A stretch of 64,000 nt of DNA from Nitrospinaceae bacterium (GTDB lineage Bacteria; Nitrospinota; Nitrospinia; Nitrospinales; Nitrospinaceae), in assembly GCA_965223665.1 (NCBI GenBank), contig OZ245011.1, positions 896,001 through 960,000 of the forward strand, written 5' to 3'. The position numbers were made by a program, and so were the translations under genes. A model generated the notes under the pieces. The model had not been told where the DNA came from and did not search any database. It saw only the letters and a program-made list of their open reading frames with translations. Numbering within the stretch: position 1 is the stretch's first letter; each line of letters starts with the position of its first letter. Of the stretch, positions 41,742-52,651 are shown in pieces.

Positions 41742-42611
41742 TTAAGAATTAACTGAACTTCTTAGGGCAGCAATCCTCTCTTCAAGTGGAGGATGGCTCA
41801 TAAAAAGCTTTTTAATTCCTCCCGCCAAACCACCATTTATTCCAAAAGCCGCAATTTGATCTGGAAGTCTTGAGGGCTTTCCTACTTCCTGAAGGCGATT
41901 CAGGGCGGAAATCATATCCTCTCTACCCTCGAGGTTTGCCGCACCAGCATCGGCAGCAAACTCTCGCCGACGACTAAACCACATGACTATCATAGTGGCT
42001 AAAAAACCAAGAACAGTCTGCGCTATCATATAAGTTCCTGTGTATCCCATACCCATTCGACCTTCACTTCCATCCCTACGATCCACCATAGCTGATATTG
42101 CCCGAGCCAAAACCATCACAAACGTATTAACTACCCCCTGAATTAAACACAGAGTAACCATATCTCCATTAGCCACATGGGACACTTCATGTGCCAGTAC
42201 AGCTTCAACTTCTTCCTTATTCATATGGTTTAATAAGCCGGTACTGACTGCCACAAGAGCACTATTTTTATTAGCTCCCGTCGCAAAAGCATTTGGAGCA
42301 GGAGAATTAAAAATGGCTACTTCTGGCATACCTATCCCAACTTTTTGGGATTGCAATCGCACTGTTTCAACCAACCATTTTTCTGTGTCGTTTTTAGGAG
42401 TTTCAATAACCTGAGCTCCTGAAGACCTCTTGGCCATACTTTTAGACATCATAAGGGAAATGAAAGACCCACCAAGACCCATAACTCCGGCTATGAGAAT
42501 AAAAGGAGTCCAATTCATTCCTGGTTGATTTAAACCAATCAGATTAAGAATAAATGTCAGTACAATTAATACAGCAAAGTTAGTGATTATAAATAAGCCT
42601 GCCCTCTTCAT
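41742..42611 (-). CDS. htpX: Protease HtpX
   Basis: PNAFATG, HEVSHVANGDMVT, FSRRREFAAD, SHPPLEERI. ATG 42611 follows GGAGGG. Confidence 0.95.
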   Translation of the reverse strand: MKRAGLFIITNFAVLIVLTFILNLIGLNQPGMNWTPFILIAGVMGLGGSFISLMMSKSMAKRSSGAQVIETPKNDTEKWLVETVRLQSQKVGIGMPEVAIFNSPAPNAFATGANKNSALVAVSTGLLNHMNKEEVEAVLAHEVSHVANGDMVTLCLIQGVVNTFVMVLARAISAMVDRRDGSEGRMGMGYTGTYMIAQTVLGFLATMIVMWFSRRREFAADAGAANLEGREDMISALNRLQEVGKPSRLPDQIAAFGINGGLAGGIKKLFMSHPPLEERIAALRSSVNS

Positions 42612-42733
42612 TGATTTCCCTCCCCACAAAATAAATTTTCTCAAAATGAATTAGATAAGAAAGAATTTTGAACTATGGTGTGGTTTCGCTAATTTTATAA
42701 TACTTAAAAAGGGGAGAAAAGAAAAATCGATTC

Positions 42734-43936
42734 CTAAAGTAATTCCTTAACTTCACTACCAGAAATACCTAAAAAATAAAGAATTAATTGCAGGTTTGCT
42801 GTGTTAATGCTTGCTTGAGCATGTTGCTGAACAATTGGCTTAGCATTAAAGGCAATTCCCAATCCAGCACTGGCAAGCATATAAATATCATTAGCCCCAT
42901 CACCTACTGCCACCACTTGCTGAGGTGAGATTCTTTCTTTCCCGGCTAAATCAAGAAGGATTTCCTTTTTTGCTTTTGCATCAATAATGTTTCCTTCTAC
43001 CTCGCCAGTCAAAATGGAGTTCTCAAATTTCAATTGATTCGCGAATCCATAATTTAACCCATATTTCTTTTTTAATCGATCTATAAAAAAGGTAAAGCCT
43101 CCACTCACGATAGCAATTTTATATCCCAGTCTTTGGAGAGCATGGACTAACTCTTCAGCACCAGGAGTTAAAGGTATTTGTTCAGCTAATTGCTCCAATT
43201 GCTCAATTCTAAGACCTTTTAATAATGCAGCTCTTTGCCGAAGCGCGGAAGAGAAATCTAACTCCCCAGCCATCGCTTGATGCGTTATTTTTGCCATTTT
43301 CTCCCCTACTCCTGCCATTTTCCCCAACTCATCTATCACTTCACATTGAAGAAAAGTCATATCTGCATCAAAAACAATTAACCTTTTGTTTGTACGAAAC
43401 AGAGTGTCTTCCTGCACAGCCAGGTCGATATCAAAGTTCTCCTTAAACTGAACCAGCGTATCCATGATTTCCACATTGGTTACTACCTGCTTAGCCCCAA
43501 TGACAATTTCCAATACATGCTGATCTCCATAATCCAACTGTTCAATACGAATAATATTAATATCGTGGTCTGCAAGAGTCCTGGTTAATTCATGGAGAGC
43601 AATGGGGCCTATTTTTCGTCCCAATACAGTGACAACCATTCTATGTTTATAAACTTCTTCAGGTCTGAAGCCCGGCTTCCAGGGATAAACATTAACCATT
43701 AATTGTTTAGCTTGTGCGAATTCTGAAAGAGATTTTCTAAGATCTTCAAGAGTTTCCGGTTTTCCACTTTCTAGCAAAAGGGACAAATTCAGGAGTCCAC
43801 TAAATACAAATTGCTTGATATCCACAACCAAGCATTCGTGCTGAACAATGGAATTTAAGGATTCAGCTAAGATACCAGGCCTGTCTGAACCGGCAATATG
43901 AACGTGAATTTGATGTTTATTGGATGATGTGGGCAT
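42734..43936 (-). CDS. serB: Phosphoserine phosphatase with two N-terminal ACT domains
   Basis: GSDRPGI, FDADMT, EVIDEL, VSGGF, VGDGAND. Confidence 0.92.
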   Translation of the reverse strand: MPTSSNKHQIHVHIAGSDRPGILAESLNSIVQHECLVVDIKQFVFSGLLNLSLLLESGKPETLEDLRKSLSEFAQAKQLMVNVYPWKPGFRPEEVYKHRMVVTVLGRKIGPIALHELTRTLADHDINIIRIEQLDYGDQHVLEIVIGAKQVVTNVEIMDTLVQFKENFDIDLAVQEDTLFRTNKRLIVFDADMTFLQCEVIDELGKMAGVGEKMAKITHQAMAGELDFSSALRQRAALLKGLRIEQLEQLAEQIPLTPGAEELVHALQRLGYKIAIVSGGFTFFIDRLKKKYGLNYGFANQLKFENSILTGEVEGNIIDAKAKKEILLDLAGKERISPQQVVAVGDGANDIYMLASAGLGIAFNAKPIVQQHAQASINTANLQLILYFLGISGSEVKELL

Positions 43937-43939
43937 TGA

Positions 43940-44392
43940 TTATCCGCGGGGTTTATATCGCCATCCATCTCTCTTTTTGCAAGTCCAACCATCATTTATT
44001 TGAAAGGTAGACATTCCATTTAAATGCTGAGATTCAAACAGTGCAATTATTCCGGGTCCCATAATTTGATTGCCTTTAATATGCAGGCGCTTTAAATTTG
44101 GAAGATATTCCGATTTAGCTAGATATTGAATACCAAGGTCGGTCAACTCGTTGTTATTTAGATTAAGATACTGAACGTTCACAAGATTCTTACACTCTGA
44201 CAATTCCTTAACTCCTCTATCTCCCAGTGAATTATCATCCAAATCCAGCCAACTGACTTCTTCCATTCGTGGGGATTGCCATAACAAACTTGCATCTTCC
44301 GGTGTTAAAGCCAATCCACTTAACATACACTGATTTCCTCTTAGTCTGCCCTCAAATATAGATTCGACAGATTCAAATCTTGCCTTGTTCAT
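43940..44392 (-). CDS. Short leucine-rich-repeat protein (ribonuclease-inhibitor-like)
   Basis: Repeats LDLDDNSLGDRG, LNLNNNELTDLG, LHIKGNQIMGPG. Confidence 0.8.
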   Translation of the reverse strand: MNKARFESVESIFEGRLRGNQCMLSGLALTPEDASLLWQSPRMEEVSWLDLDDNSLGDRGVKELSECKNLVNVQYLNLNNNELTDLGIQYLAKSEYLPNLKRLHIKGNQIMGPGIIALFESQHLNGMSTFQINDGWTCKKRDGWRYKPRG

Positions 44393-45693
44393 GTATCTCC
44401 TATTAAACTCTTCTTTTTTGGAGGAATATATTTGCTTCCTTTTAATTCATTTGGCAAATATTCTTGCTCTACAAAGTTCCCTGGGTAATCGTGAGGATAC
44501 TTGTAATCTCTTCCATAGCCATATTTTTTAGCGTCCTTGTAGTGACTATCTTTCAGATGATCCGGAACTGGAAAAGATTTCCCTTTCTGTTCAATATCAT
44601 TTAAGGCACTATCAATCGCCTGGATTGCTGTATTATCTTTTGGGGCTTTAGCAACATAAATTACAGCCATCGCCAAGGGAATCCGGGCTTCCGGAAGCCC
44701 AATTCGCTCCACGGTATCTGCTGCAGAATTCGCAATCACCAAAGCCTGAGGGTCAGCCAAACCGACATCTTCTGCCGCCGTTATGACCAGTCGTCTGGCA
44801 ATAAATTTAGGATCTTCACCCCCGGCAATCATTTTTGCAAGCCAGTAAATAGCTGCATCAGGATCGGAACCTCTTAGGCTTTTTTGGAAAGCCGAAGCAT
44901 GATCATAATGCTCAGTTCCATTTTTATCATATAAAACTTCAATTCGCTGGATAATTCCTTCGACTGTTTTCCGATTAATGGGCTGAGTTCTAGTTGCAGA
45001 TTTTTCAAGATGATAACTTACAGAGGCTTCTAATATATTTAATGCCCGTCTGGCATCACCGTTTGCATGAATGATTATCAAATCCAAAGCGTCTGGAGCT
45101 AAAGAAATAGAATCCTTTCCAAAACCATTATCTTGGTCTCGGATTGCCCTTTCCAGAATCGAGCGAATATTATCAATTGTTAAATTTCCTAATCGAAATA
45201 CCTGACAACGTGAACGCAATGAAGGAATGACTTCAAATGAAGGATTTTCCGTTGTAGAACCAATTAATCGAAAGGTCCCGTTTTCCACATAGGGTAATAC
45301 CGCATCCTGTTGGGCTTTATTAAATCGATGAATCTCATCGATAAAAAGAATGGTCCTTTTTTTTCTGGAGGTCCATACCTGTTGTGCTTGTTGAATTATT
45401 TTTCTAATATCAGAAACTCCGGAATTCACGGCACTGATTTCTTGAAAATCACTATGAGTTAATTGAGCAACAATTCTCGCGATGGTCGTTTTTCCTGATC
45501 CAGGGGGTCCCCATAGTATGAATGATATATTTGTATCCTTTTCTAAGATATGTCTTAAAGGACTCTGTTTTCCTATCAAATGTTCATGCCCAAAAAATTC
45601 TTGCCACTCATTAGGGCGCATTCTTTCTGCCAATGGTGCAGGAGGAGATTGCTTATTATTCTCATATTCTGGAAATAATTCCATAATAGACAT
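44389..45693 (-). CDS. rarA: Replication-associated recombination protein A (MgsA/RarA)
   Basis: PLAERMRP, WGPPGSGKTT, FIDEIHRFNKAQQD, KSLRGSDPDAA. Confidence 0.95.
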   Translation of the reverse strand: MSIMELFPEYENNKQSPPAPLAERMRPNEWQEFFGHEHLIGKQSPLRHILEKDTNISFILWGPPGSGKTTIARIVAQLTHSDFQEISAVNSGVSDIRKIIQQAQQVWTSRKKRTILFIDEIHRFNKAQQDAVLPYVENGTFRLIGSTTENPSFEVIPSLRSRCQVFRLGNLTIDNIRSILERAIRDQDNGFGKDSISLAPDALDLIIIHANGDARRALNILEASVSYHLEKSATRTQPINRKTVEGIIQRIEVLYDKNGTEHYDHASAFQKSLRGSDPDAAIYWLAKMIAGGEDPKFIARRLVITAAEDVGLADPQALVIANSAADTVERIGLPEARIPLAMAVIYVAKAPKDNTAIQAIDSALNDIEQKGKSFPVPDHLKDSHYKDAKKYGYGRDYKYPHDYPGNFVEQEYLPNELKGSKYIPPKKKSLIGDT

Positions 45694-45720
45694 GATACGT
45701 TTGACGGAAAGGAGTGTTAA

Positions 45721-47415
45721 TTAAATATCTTTATTTCTAAGAACCTTGATACCTCTACGTAAGGGCTCCATAGTAACAAAAAGAGAAAGAATAATTATCA
45801 AAGAATACATCAAAGTCACATCAAAACCACCGACTGATTCTAACAAAAACTTTTCTTTTAAATGAACATAAATAGGACGGGCTCCTAAAATTAGAATCAG
45901 GCCAACAAAAATCAGACTGGTTAACATATAAAGTATGCCGCCTGTTCCAGTAGAAATTTCTGAGATATTCTGATAATCAAATCGGGGATACATCGCTCCC
46001 ATACCCACAGCCATTCCTACTAAACCCGTTGTCATCAAGAATACTCCAATCACAGAGGATTTCATAACAAAGGCATCCACCTGGAGCAAATAATTTGAGG
46101 CAATTACTAATATCTCCCCTATTAATAAAAGAGGGGGCCAATACATCCAAAATTTACTCATCAAAAAAACCCGCATATTTACCGGGGCGGTGTAAATGAT
46201 CCAAAGTTTTTTTCCTTCAATACTTACCGCAGAGAAAACAAACCTTACCGATAGAGCAGATAAAACAAATCCAATAAGCCCGATATTAAGAACAGAAACC
46301 ACATTTTTTAAAACCAAATTCTCTAAGGGCAAATTCATAATATTAAAGAGGTACACTGCTACTAGGGCTATTAATATTAAAAATTGAGACCATTGTGACG
46401 GATCGCGGGAAAGGATTTTTAGATCTTTATGTAATAAAGCTCCCTTAATTTTTGACCCAGAAAACCAAGAATCATATTTTTTTTGGTTTATTGGTTTCTT
46501 ATAAATTTTGGGAGCATTATGTACTTCTTGATAGTTTCTCCAACCAGGAAAATAAATTGAATTGCTAATCATTTTAAAAACCATCCATCCAATTAACAAT
46601 GCTCCGTATAAATACCCCATATTTAAATAACCTGCATAATAATCACCATTAACCCAACGCTCCAAACCATAACTTATCCAACTAGTAGGCAAAAAATCAA
46701 ATTCCGGAACTCTTAGGCTCTCTACAAAAGCGATAATCATTTCATCAGAGACGTTTTTACTGAAAAATTTTTCTGGTGAGAGAAACCTAAAAAACATGAC
46801 TAACCCCACTAAAAAAAATAACCCCAAAAACGATAAAACTTGATAAGCCCTATCGGTTGGGAAAAAACGCATCAGCAACATTATTCCCAATATCCCTAAT
46901 AAGACAGGGATCGTTACAAAGGGCAATAAACACATGGTTAGAAAAACATAATAACTTGTAGATACACCAAAATAATTTCCATATGCACAAAAAATTGGAA
47001 AAGAAAAAATCATCACCATCAAAGTTGAGTTGACTACCGTTTGTATAACCCGGACGTTTATAATTGATGATAAAGATATTGGCAGTGAATGAAGAAACGA
47101 TGAATCCGCAGATATGAAAAATATAGAAAGAGAAGAAACTACACTTGAAAACAAAACCATTGCAAAAAGAGTGAGAAAAATTACTCCCATTAGCTGGAAT
47201 ATTAACTCCTCGCCAATGTTTAGGGGAAGTCCGTCAATGTGCTTGATAATTCTATAAAAAAATACATAATCCCCTACTAAAAATAATATCCCCAGGGTCA
47301 ACAAAATGGACCATCGAACCAATTTATTAGGTGTTGGTCTTACAGTTTCATTCTTTAAAAATAGAAATCGAAGATGAATTAAACGAGTAGTGTCTTTTAA
47401 ATTAAACCCTAGCAC
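45721..47415 (-). CDS. Putative ABC-2-type exporter permease
   Basis: Many TM helices, KDLKILSRDPSQWSQ, RFVFSAVSIEGK. Confidence 0.7.
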   Translation of the reverse strand: MLGFNLKDTTRLIHLRFLFLKNETVRPTPNKLVRWSILLTLGILFLVGDYVFFYRIIKHIDGLPLNIGEELIFQLMGVIFLTLFAMVLFSSVVSSLSIFFISADSSFLHSLPISLSSIINVRVIQTVVNSTLMVMIFSFPIFCAYGNYFGVSTSYYVFLTMCLLPFVTIPVLLGILGIMLLMRFFPTDRAYQVLSFLGLFFLVGLVMFFRFLSPEKFFSKNVSDEMIIAFVESLRVPEFDFLPTSWISYGLERWVNGDYYAGYLNMGYLYGALLIGWMVFKMISNSIYFPGWRNYQEVHNAPKIYKKPINQKKYDSWFSGSKIKGALLHKDLKILSRDPSQWSQFLILIALVAVYLFNIMNLPLENLVLKNVVSVLNIGLIGFVLSALSVRFVFSAVSIEGKKLWIIYTAPVNMRVFLMSKFWMYWPPLLLIGEILVIASNYLLQVDAFVMKSSVIGVFLMTTGLVGMAVGMGAMYPRFDYQNISEISTGTGGILYMLTSLIFVGLILILGARPIYVHLKEKFLLESVGGFDVTLMYSLIIILSLFVTMEPLRRGIKVLRNKDI

Positions 47416-47424
47416 CCAAACACC

Positions 47425-48453
47425 TCAAACCGCAATTGCTGAATATTCCTGTGAAGCTTTGAGTTCTCTGAAAGAATTTTCTACCCACACAACACAAAAA
47501 TGATCTAACCATCGGCGATCTTTCCAAGGAGTTTTCTTTTTAGATATGTAACCCATATGCCCCCCAAATTCAGGTTGAATTAGATTTACATTTAAACTCC
47601 TGGGGCTTTTGTCAAAACTCTTAGGGGGAACAAAAGGGTCATCTAAGGAGCTTAAAATAGTAGTCGGAATACTTATATTATTTAAAAACTGATTCGCACT
47701 ACATGTCTTATAATATTCCTGGACATTTTCATAACCGGCTGCAGGGGCTGTGTATTCCGTATCAAACTCATAAATAGTTTTCGCCTTTCCTGAAGGACAA
47801 TAGGCTTCCGGAAAACATTGAGTCATAGCATCTGCTTGTCGATGCATCAATTTCAAATAATAATTATTAAAAATTTTGGCAAAAGGACCATTCGAAATAG
47901 CCAAACTTGCTGCTTCCAAATCGACGGGTGGGTTCACGGCCAAGCCGGAATAAATATTGGATGGGATATTTCTATTTTCACCCAAATATTTTAATAAAAT
48001 ATTCCCACTTAACGAAAAACCAATCAGAAAAAATGTTTTATTTGGATAAAGATTTACCAAAAGTTTTATAGTAGAAGCTAAATCCTCGCTACTTCCTCCA
48101 TTCCAAAGCCGATTACAAAGCCCAATTCCTGGTCCACTACCTCTATGATTCATTTGAAAAACATGGAAACCCTTATTAAATAATTTTTGAGAAATCCTTC
48201 GAATGTATCCGGATTCACTACATCCTCCCATACCATGAGCTAAAAGCACCCCAGGCTGATGGGAGTTTTTTGATGGCATTTCAAATAATACCAATTGATT
48301 TGAGGAGTCTAGCCTTATTTTGTGGACTTTCCTTTGGGGGAGCAAAGTTTCTCCCGGGAATTGAGATCCCCAAATTGTTTGAAATACGCCTCCCTTGATG
48401 CCAGTAAAGGGTTTAAAAGGATTAGATTTTAAAAATACGTCAAAAGAATCCAT
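47425..48453 (-). CDS. YheT-family alpha/beta hydrolase
   Basis: HGMGGCSES, GFSLSGN, DDPFVP, GGHMGY. Confidence 0.85.
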   Translation of the reverse strand: MDSFDVFLKSNPFKPFTGIKGGVFQTIWGSQFPGETLLPQRKVHKIRLDSSNQLVLFEMPSKNSHQPGVLLAHGMGGCSESGYIRRISQKLFNKGFHVFQMNHRGSGPGIGLCNRLWNGGSSEDLASTIKLLVNLYPNKTFFLIGFSLSGNILLKYLGENRNIPSNIYSGLAVNPPVDLEAASLAISNGPFAKIFNNYYLKLMHRQADAMTQCFPEAYCPSGKAKTIYEFDTEYTAPAAGYENVQEYYKTCSANQFLNNISIPTTILSSLDDPFVPPKSFDKSPRSLNVNLIQPEFGGHMGYISKKKTPWKDRRWLDHFCVVWVENSFRELKASQEYSAIAV

Positions 48454-48690
48454 AGAGGACCAAACTCCTCATTATTCCTAATTTTAATCCCAAAAAAGGA
48501 ATAAAATTGAGGTTTCCAAATCAATAGTTTAAATGGTTTAATTTCATTATAAAGGACACATGATTAATTTAAACATGGAATTTTTTTAAAGTTGTTTTGA
48601 ACAGGAATTCTTGACTTAATGTAATCGGATTGTTAAATTCCAATACAGATAAAATCAACTATTTCAACAGATCCCATAATAATTTATTAA

Positions 48691-50064
48691 GTGATTATGA
48701 AACTCCTTGCCTCTAAATTTGTATTTGGATTTACTATTACCTTTTTGCTTATAGCGGGACCAAATTCCTGGGCTTCTTCCGCATTAGAGAAAGCCACCCA
48801 ATTTAGCCGTATTGGGCAATGGGAGAATGCTGTTACCGAATTTCAAAAACACCTATCTGAGAATCCTGATGATGGCAGATCTCAAGCCAATCTGGGAGTG
48901 GCTCTGGGTCGTATAAATCGACACAAGGATGCCATGCTGGCTTTTGATAAAGCAATAGAAATAGGTTATGACAGTGCACAGTTTCGATATTATAGGGGGC
49001 TCTCTTTAGCCAAGTTAAGTTTGCTTGAAGAAGCGGCACATGAAATTGAATTAGCCCTACAAAAAGATTCAAGGATGGCATTGGCAGATTATGACTTAGG
49101 CATCATATATTCAAAACTGGGAGAGTTTAAAAAAGCCAGATCTCAGGTAGACAAACTTTATAAAAGAAATTATAAAATGGCTAAGAAGCTTTTTGACCAA
49201 ATCCCTTCAAAATACCAGGTAAAGTCAGTAGATGATGGAGGCACTCTCAATGGAAAAGTTATTCTTGAGGGTCCGGTTCCAAAAGCCAGGTCTTTTCACT
49301 TAATCCATGCCCCTAATATTAAATATTGTTCCAGAATGTCGGACGGAAAGGGTCACAGAATTGTTTATGATTTTCAGGTTTCTGAGGATAGAGGCATGAA
49401 AGATACAATAATTGCAATTCTAGGAGTGAAAAAAGGAAAACCTTTTTCTACCAATCTGAAAAAATTAAATATTCATAGATGCCATACTCCAAATTATGTA
49501 ATTGCTATCAAAAACGGTGAGGACTTATTACTCGAAAACAAAGATCCAATCAAACATGAAATAGCTGCATACGAAGTTATTGGGGCGCATCGAAATCAAA
49601 TTAGTAATAAAAGTTTATTGCCTAATTCCAGTCAAGTACGATCCGCATTTGTGAAAAAAAACGCTCCTGAGTTTATGTTGAAATGTAATCTTCACCCGTT
49701 TTTGCAATCCCGCGGTTTTTTCATTGAAAATCCTTATTTTGCAATAACCGATGAAAAGGGAGAATTTAATATTAAGGACATACCACCGGGAACTTATGAA
49801 ATTCTTGCCTGGCACCCCTTTATTCCTACTCAAAAAGGAACCATTACAATAGAAGCTGGAAAATCTTCCAAGATCAATTTTTCATTTAATGGAAAAGATG
49901 CTCGCAGAAAACTATACCACGATGATACCAAAGGTTACCGCTTTAATACCTGGTATGATAGTTTTGAAAATTTTTATGGTGGTAAAAGAGTGGATGATCC
50001 AGTTGAAGTTCTTCAAGATTTTAATAATAAAAAACGTTACGAAGGAGATTTAAAACCGTTCTAG
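48691..50064 (+). CDS. Exported TPR protein with C-terminal cupredoxin-like and carboxypeptidase-regulatory-like domains
   Basis: Signal peptide, TPRs, GGTLNGKV, NKDPIKHE, KCNLHPF, GEFNIKDIPPGTYEILAWHP. Confidence 0.7.
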   Translation: MIMKLLASKFVFGFTITFLLIAGPNSWASSALEKATQFSRIGQWENAVTEFQKHLSENPDDGRSQANLGVALGRINRHKDAMLAFDKAIEIGYDSAQFRYYRGLSLAKLSLLEEAAHEIELALQKDSRMALADYDLGIIYSKLGEFKKARSQVDKLYKRNYKMAKKLFDQIPSKYQVKSVDDGGTLNGKVILEGPVPKARSFHLIHAPNIKYCSRMSDGKGHRIVYDFQVSEDRGMKDTIIAILGVKKGKPFSTNLKKLNIHRCHTPNYVIAIKNGEDLLLENKDPIKHEIAAYEVIGAHRNQISNKSLLPNSSQVRSAFVKKNAPEFMLKCNLHPFLQSRGFFIENPYFAITDEKGEFNIKDIPPGTYEILAWHPFIPTQKGTITIEAGKSSKINFSFNGKDARRKLYHDDTKGYRFNTWYDSFENFYGGKRVDDPVEVLQDFNNKKRYEGDLKPF

Positions 50065-50077
50065 TGGTTTTTAATCT

Positions 50078-50779
50078 TTAACCGTTTACCTTTACTACAA
50101 TAGGCCTCAAAGAATAATGTAAGCGAATATCCGAAGCTGCTTTTTGGGCTTCTTCCATTTTTCTATATTTTCCCAAACTTATACGGTGCCACTGGATTTT
50201 GGTTTTTGGATCCCTGACTCGAGTAATAAAAATTGGAAATCCACGGCTTTTTAACTTCATTCCTAAATCATTAGCTAATTTAATATCTTTATAAGAACTC
50301 ACCTGAACAATAAAAAATGATTGATCAAATTTTTTGTTGATCGGAGGGGATTCAGGTATAAAAATGGGTTTTGAGGGGGAAGTTTGGGATGAGGGTTCAG
50401 TTAATAGATTTTCTAACTCTTTATTCAGGCGGCTTTGCAAATCGTTTACGAATTGAGGGTCCGATACAGCTTCTTCAAATTGATCCACCCATTTTTCAAC
50501 TTTTTTCTTCACTACTTTTCCATTTAGGTCAACATATCTAGCCAACTCAGCATCTTTTAAAGTATCAAAAAAAGTAAAATTATACTTTGGCTCAGGGGCG
50601 GGTTCGATTTCAATTAAATTATCTTTTACGGATTGAGACTTTACCGCACGGTTTTTTTTCACAATTTTGGGAGGCTCCTCATCTAGAAAATATTTCGAGA
50701 TATAATCCTCTTTCCCGGCAAAATAAACCATACCCATGGCAAAAAACATTATTGTCAAAAAAAAGCACTTTCGTATCAC
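50078..50779 (-). CDS. SPOR-domain cell-division protein (FtsN/DedD-like)
   Basis: N-terminal TM and C-terminal SPOR (VQVSSY...WHRISLGKY), downstream of argS. Confidence 0.8.
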   Translation of the reverse strand: MIRKCFFLTIMFFAMGMVYFAGKEDYISKYFLDEEPPKIVKKNRAVKSQSVKDNLIEIEPAPEPKYNFTFFDTLKDAELARYVDLNGKVVKKKVEKWVDQFEEAVSDPQFVNDLQSRLNKELENLLTEPSSQTSPSKPIFIPESPPINKKFDQSFFIVQVSSYKDIKLANDLGMKLKSRGFPIFITRVRDPKTKIQWHRISLGKYRKMEEAQKAASDIRLHYSLRPIVVKVNG

Positions 50780-50908
50780 GTGGGACCTTCCTCATTGAGT
50801 GAAACTCAATTCTACCATATTTTTCAAAGAGTTATAACAGTAGACCTTTAATATTTAAAGGCCAATCCACTTTTTTTTAAAGGAAAATTTTGAATGTTAC
50901 GAAAAAAA

Positions 50909-52573
50909 TTACATTTTTTCTGGTGCGGAGACACCTAAGATACCCAGACCACTTGTAATTACATGGCGCAAACAATTAATTAAGTATAGGCGAGCTAATG
51001 ATTGATTTTGATCATCGGTTACAAACCGACATTTCTTGTAATAACTATGAAAGGTAGAAACCAAGTCCTGTAAATAAAATGAGATTTTATGAATTTCCAA
51101 AGCTAAAGCACTTTTTTCAATACATTCTTTGTAAGCTAGAATTTTCTTTATGAGTACAAACTCATCATCAAGCTTCAATTGATTTAAATCAACCTCAATC
51201 GAATCTAATGGTGGGAGACCTTTCTCCTGAGCAGTTTTAAATACATTACAAATTCGAGCATGAGCATATTGGATATAAAAAACCGGATTCTCCGGTGTTT
51301 CTTTTTTTGCCAACTCCAAATCAAAATCTAAATGGCTATCTGAACTTCTCATTAAAAAGAAGAACCGAGTGGCATCCACTCCTACTTCAGTTACTACATC
51401 TGCTAATGTTTCAAATTCTCCGGAACGCGTAGACATTGATACTTTTTCACCACCACGTCGAAGGGAAACAAATTGAACAAGCAATACTTTAAAAACTTCT
51501 TTTCCGTAGTCCATTGCTTGTAATACTGCTTGCATGCGAGGAACATATCCATGATGATCCGCACCCCAAATATCCAAAATGTTTTCAAAACCCCGGTCTA
51601 CCTTATTTTTATGATAGGCGATATCAGAACAAAAATAGGTTTTTTCTCCCCCTTGCTTAATTATGACCCGATCTTTATCATCATTGAAAGCAGAAGACTT
51701 TAGCCAGGTAGCCCCCTCTTTTTCGTATATAAAACCCTTTTCATTCAACCAGTCGATAGCTTTGTCCACGGAGTGATCGTCATATAAACTTTGTTCGCTG
51801 AACCATCGATCAAACTCAACTCGAAATTCCTTTAAATCATTCCGTATTCCTTCTAAAATAAAATTTTTCGAATAGTTTCTGAAAAAGGAAAGAGCCTCTT
51901 CATCTGACTTGTTTAAATGACTATCCCCATCCTTTTCCACAATTTCGCTGGCAATATCTTTAATATAGTCTCCCTTATAGCCATCCTCAGGAAATTCGAC
52001 CGGTTTACCCAATAACTCGCAATACCTTACCCATGTGGATCGCCCCAGATTATTCATTTGGTTACCCACGTCATTAATATAATATTCGGTTGAAACATCA
52101 AAACCGGCTTTTTTTAACAGGCAGGAAAGCGCGTGTCCAACAGCAGCCCCTCTTCCATGTCCTACGTGCAATGGTCCCGTGGGATTTGCACTAACAAACT
52201 CTAACAATACTTTTTGTTTATTCCCCACTTGAGATTCACCAAAATTTTCACCAAGTCGATCTACTTCTTTTAGCTTTTCCAAATAAAAGTTGGGGGACAT
52301 TTTAAGATTAATAAAACCCGGTCCAGCAATATTCACTGAATCCAACCAACCATTTTTATCCTCAATTTCCTCGCAAATAATTTCGGCAATTATTTTTGGA
52401 TTTTTCTTTTCGGAACGGGCCAAATTCATGGCTATAGTAGTGGCAAAATCGCCTAACTTCTCATCTTTGGGAGCCTCAATAATAATGTTTGGATCCTCGG
52501 ATAATATTAGTTTCTCATGCTCTTTTGCACGCGCTAAAGCACCTGCTATGATTTCTGTGACTGAATTTTTCAT
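50909..52573 (-). CDS. argS: Arginine--tRNA ligase
   Basis: EFVSANPTGPLHVGHGRGA, WGADHHGY, MSTRSG, YIQYAHAR, GVSAPEKM. Confidence 0.98.
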   Translation of the reverse strand: MKNSVTEIIAGALARAKEHEKLILSEDPNIIIEAPKDEKLGDFATTIAMNLARSEKKNPKIIAEIICEEIEDKNGWLDSVNIAGPGFINLKMSPNFYLEKLKEVDRLGENFGESQVGNKQKVLLEFVSANPTGPLHVGHGRGAAVGHALSCLLKKAGFDVSTEYYINDVGNQMNNLGRSTWVRYCELLGKPVEFPEDGYKGDYIKDIASEIVEKDGDSHLNKSDEEALSFFRNYSKNFILEGIRNDLKEFRVEFDRWFSEQSLYDDHSVDKAIDWLNEKGFIYEKEGATWLKSSAFNDDKDRVIIKQGGEKTYFCSDIAYHKNKVDRGFENILDIWGADHHGYVPRMQAVLQAMDYGKEVFKVLLVQFVSLRRGGEKVSMSTRSGEFETLADVVTEVGVDATRFFFLMRSSDSHLDFDLELAKKETPENPVFYIQYAHARICNVFKTAQEKGLPPLDSIEVDLNQLKLDDEFVLIKKILAYKECIEKSALALEIHKISFYLQDLVSTFHSYYKKCRFVTDDQNQSLARLYLINCLRHVITSGLGILGVSAPEKM

Positions 52574-52651
52574 AGAAGTAGGATTCTCAAATAAAAAATG
52601 GGGTACTACTATATCAAAAAGAATATAAATTGTTAGAAAAAATGGCGGGAT

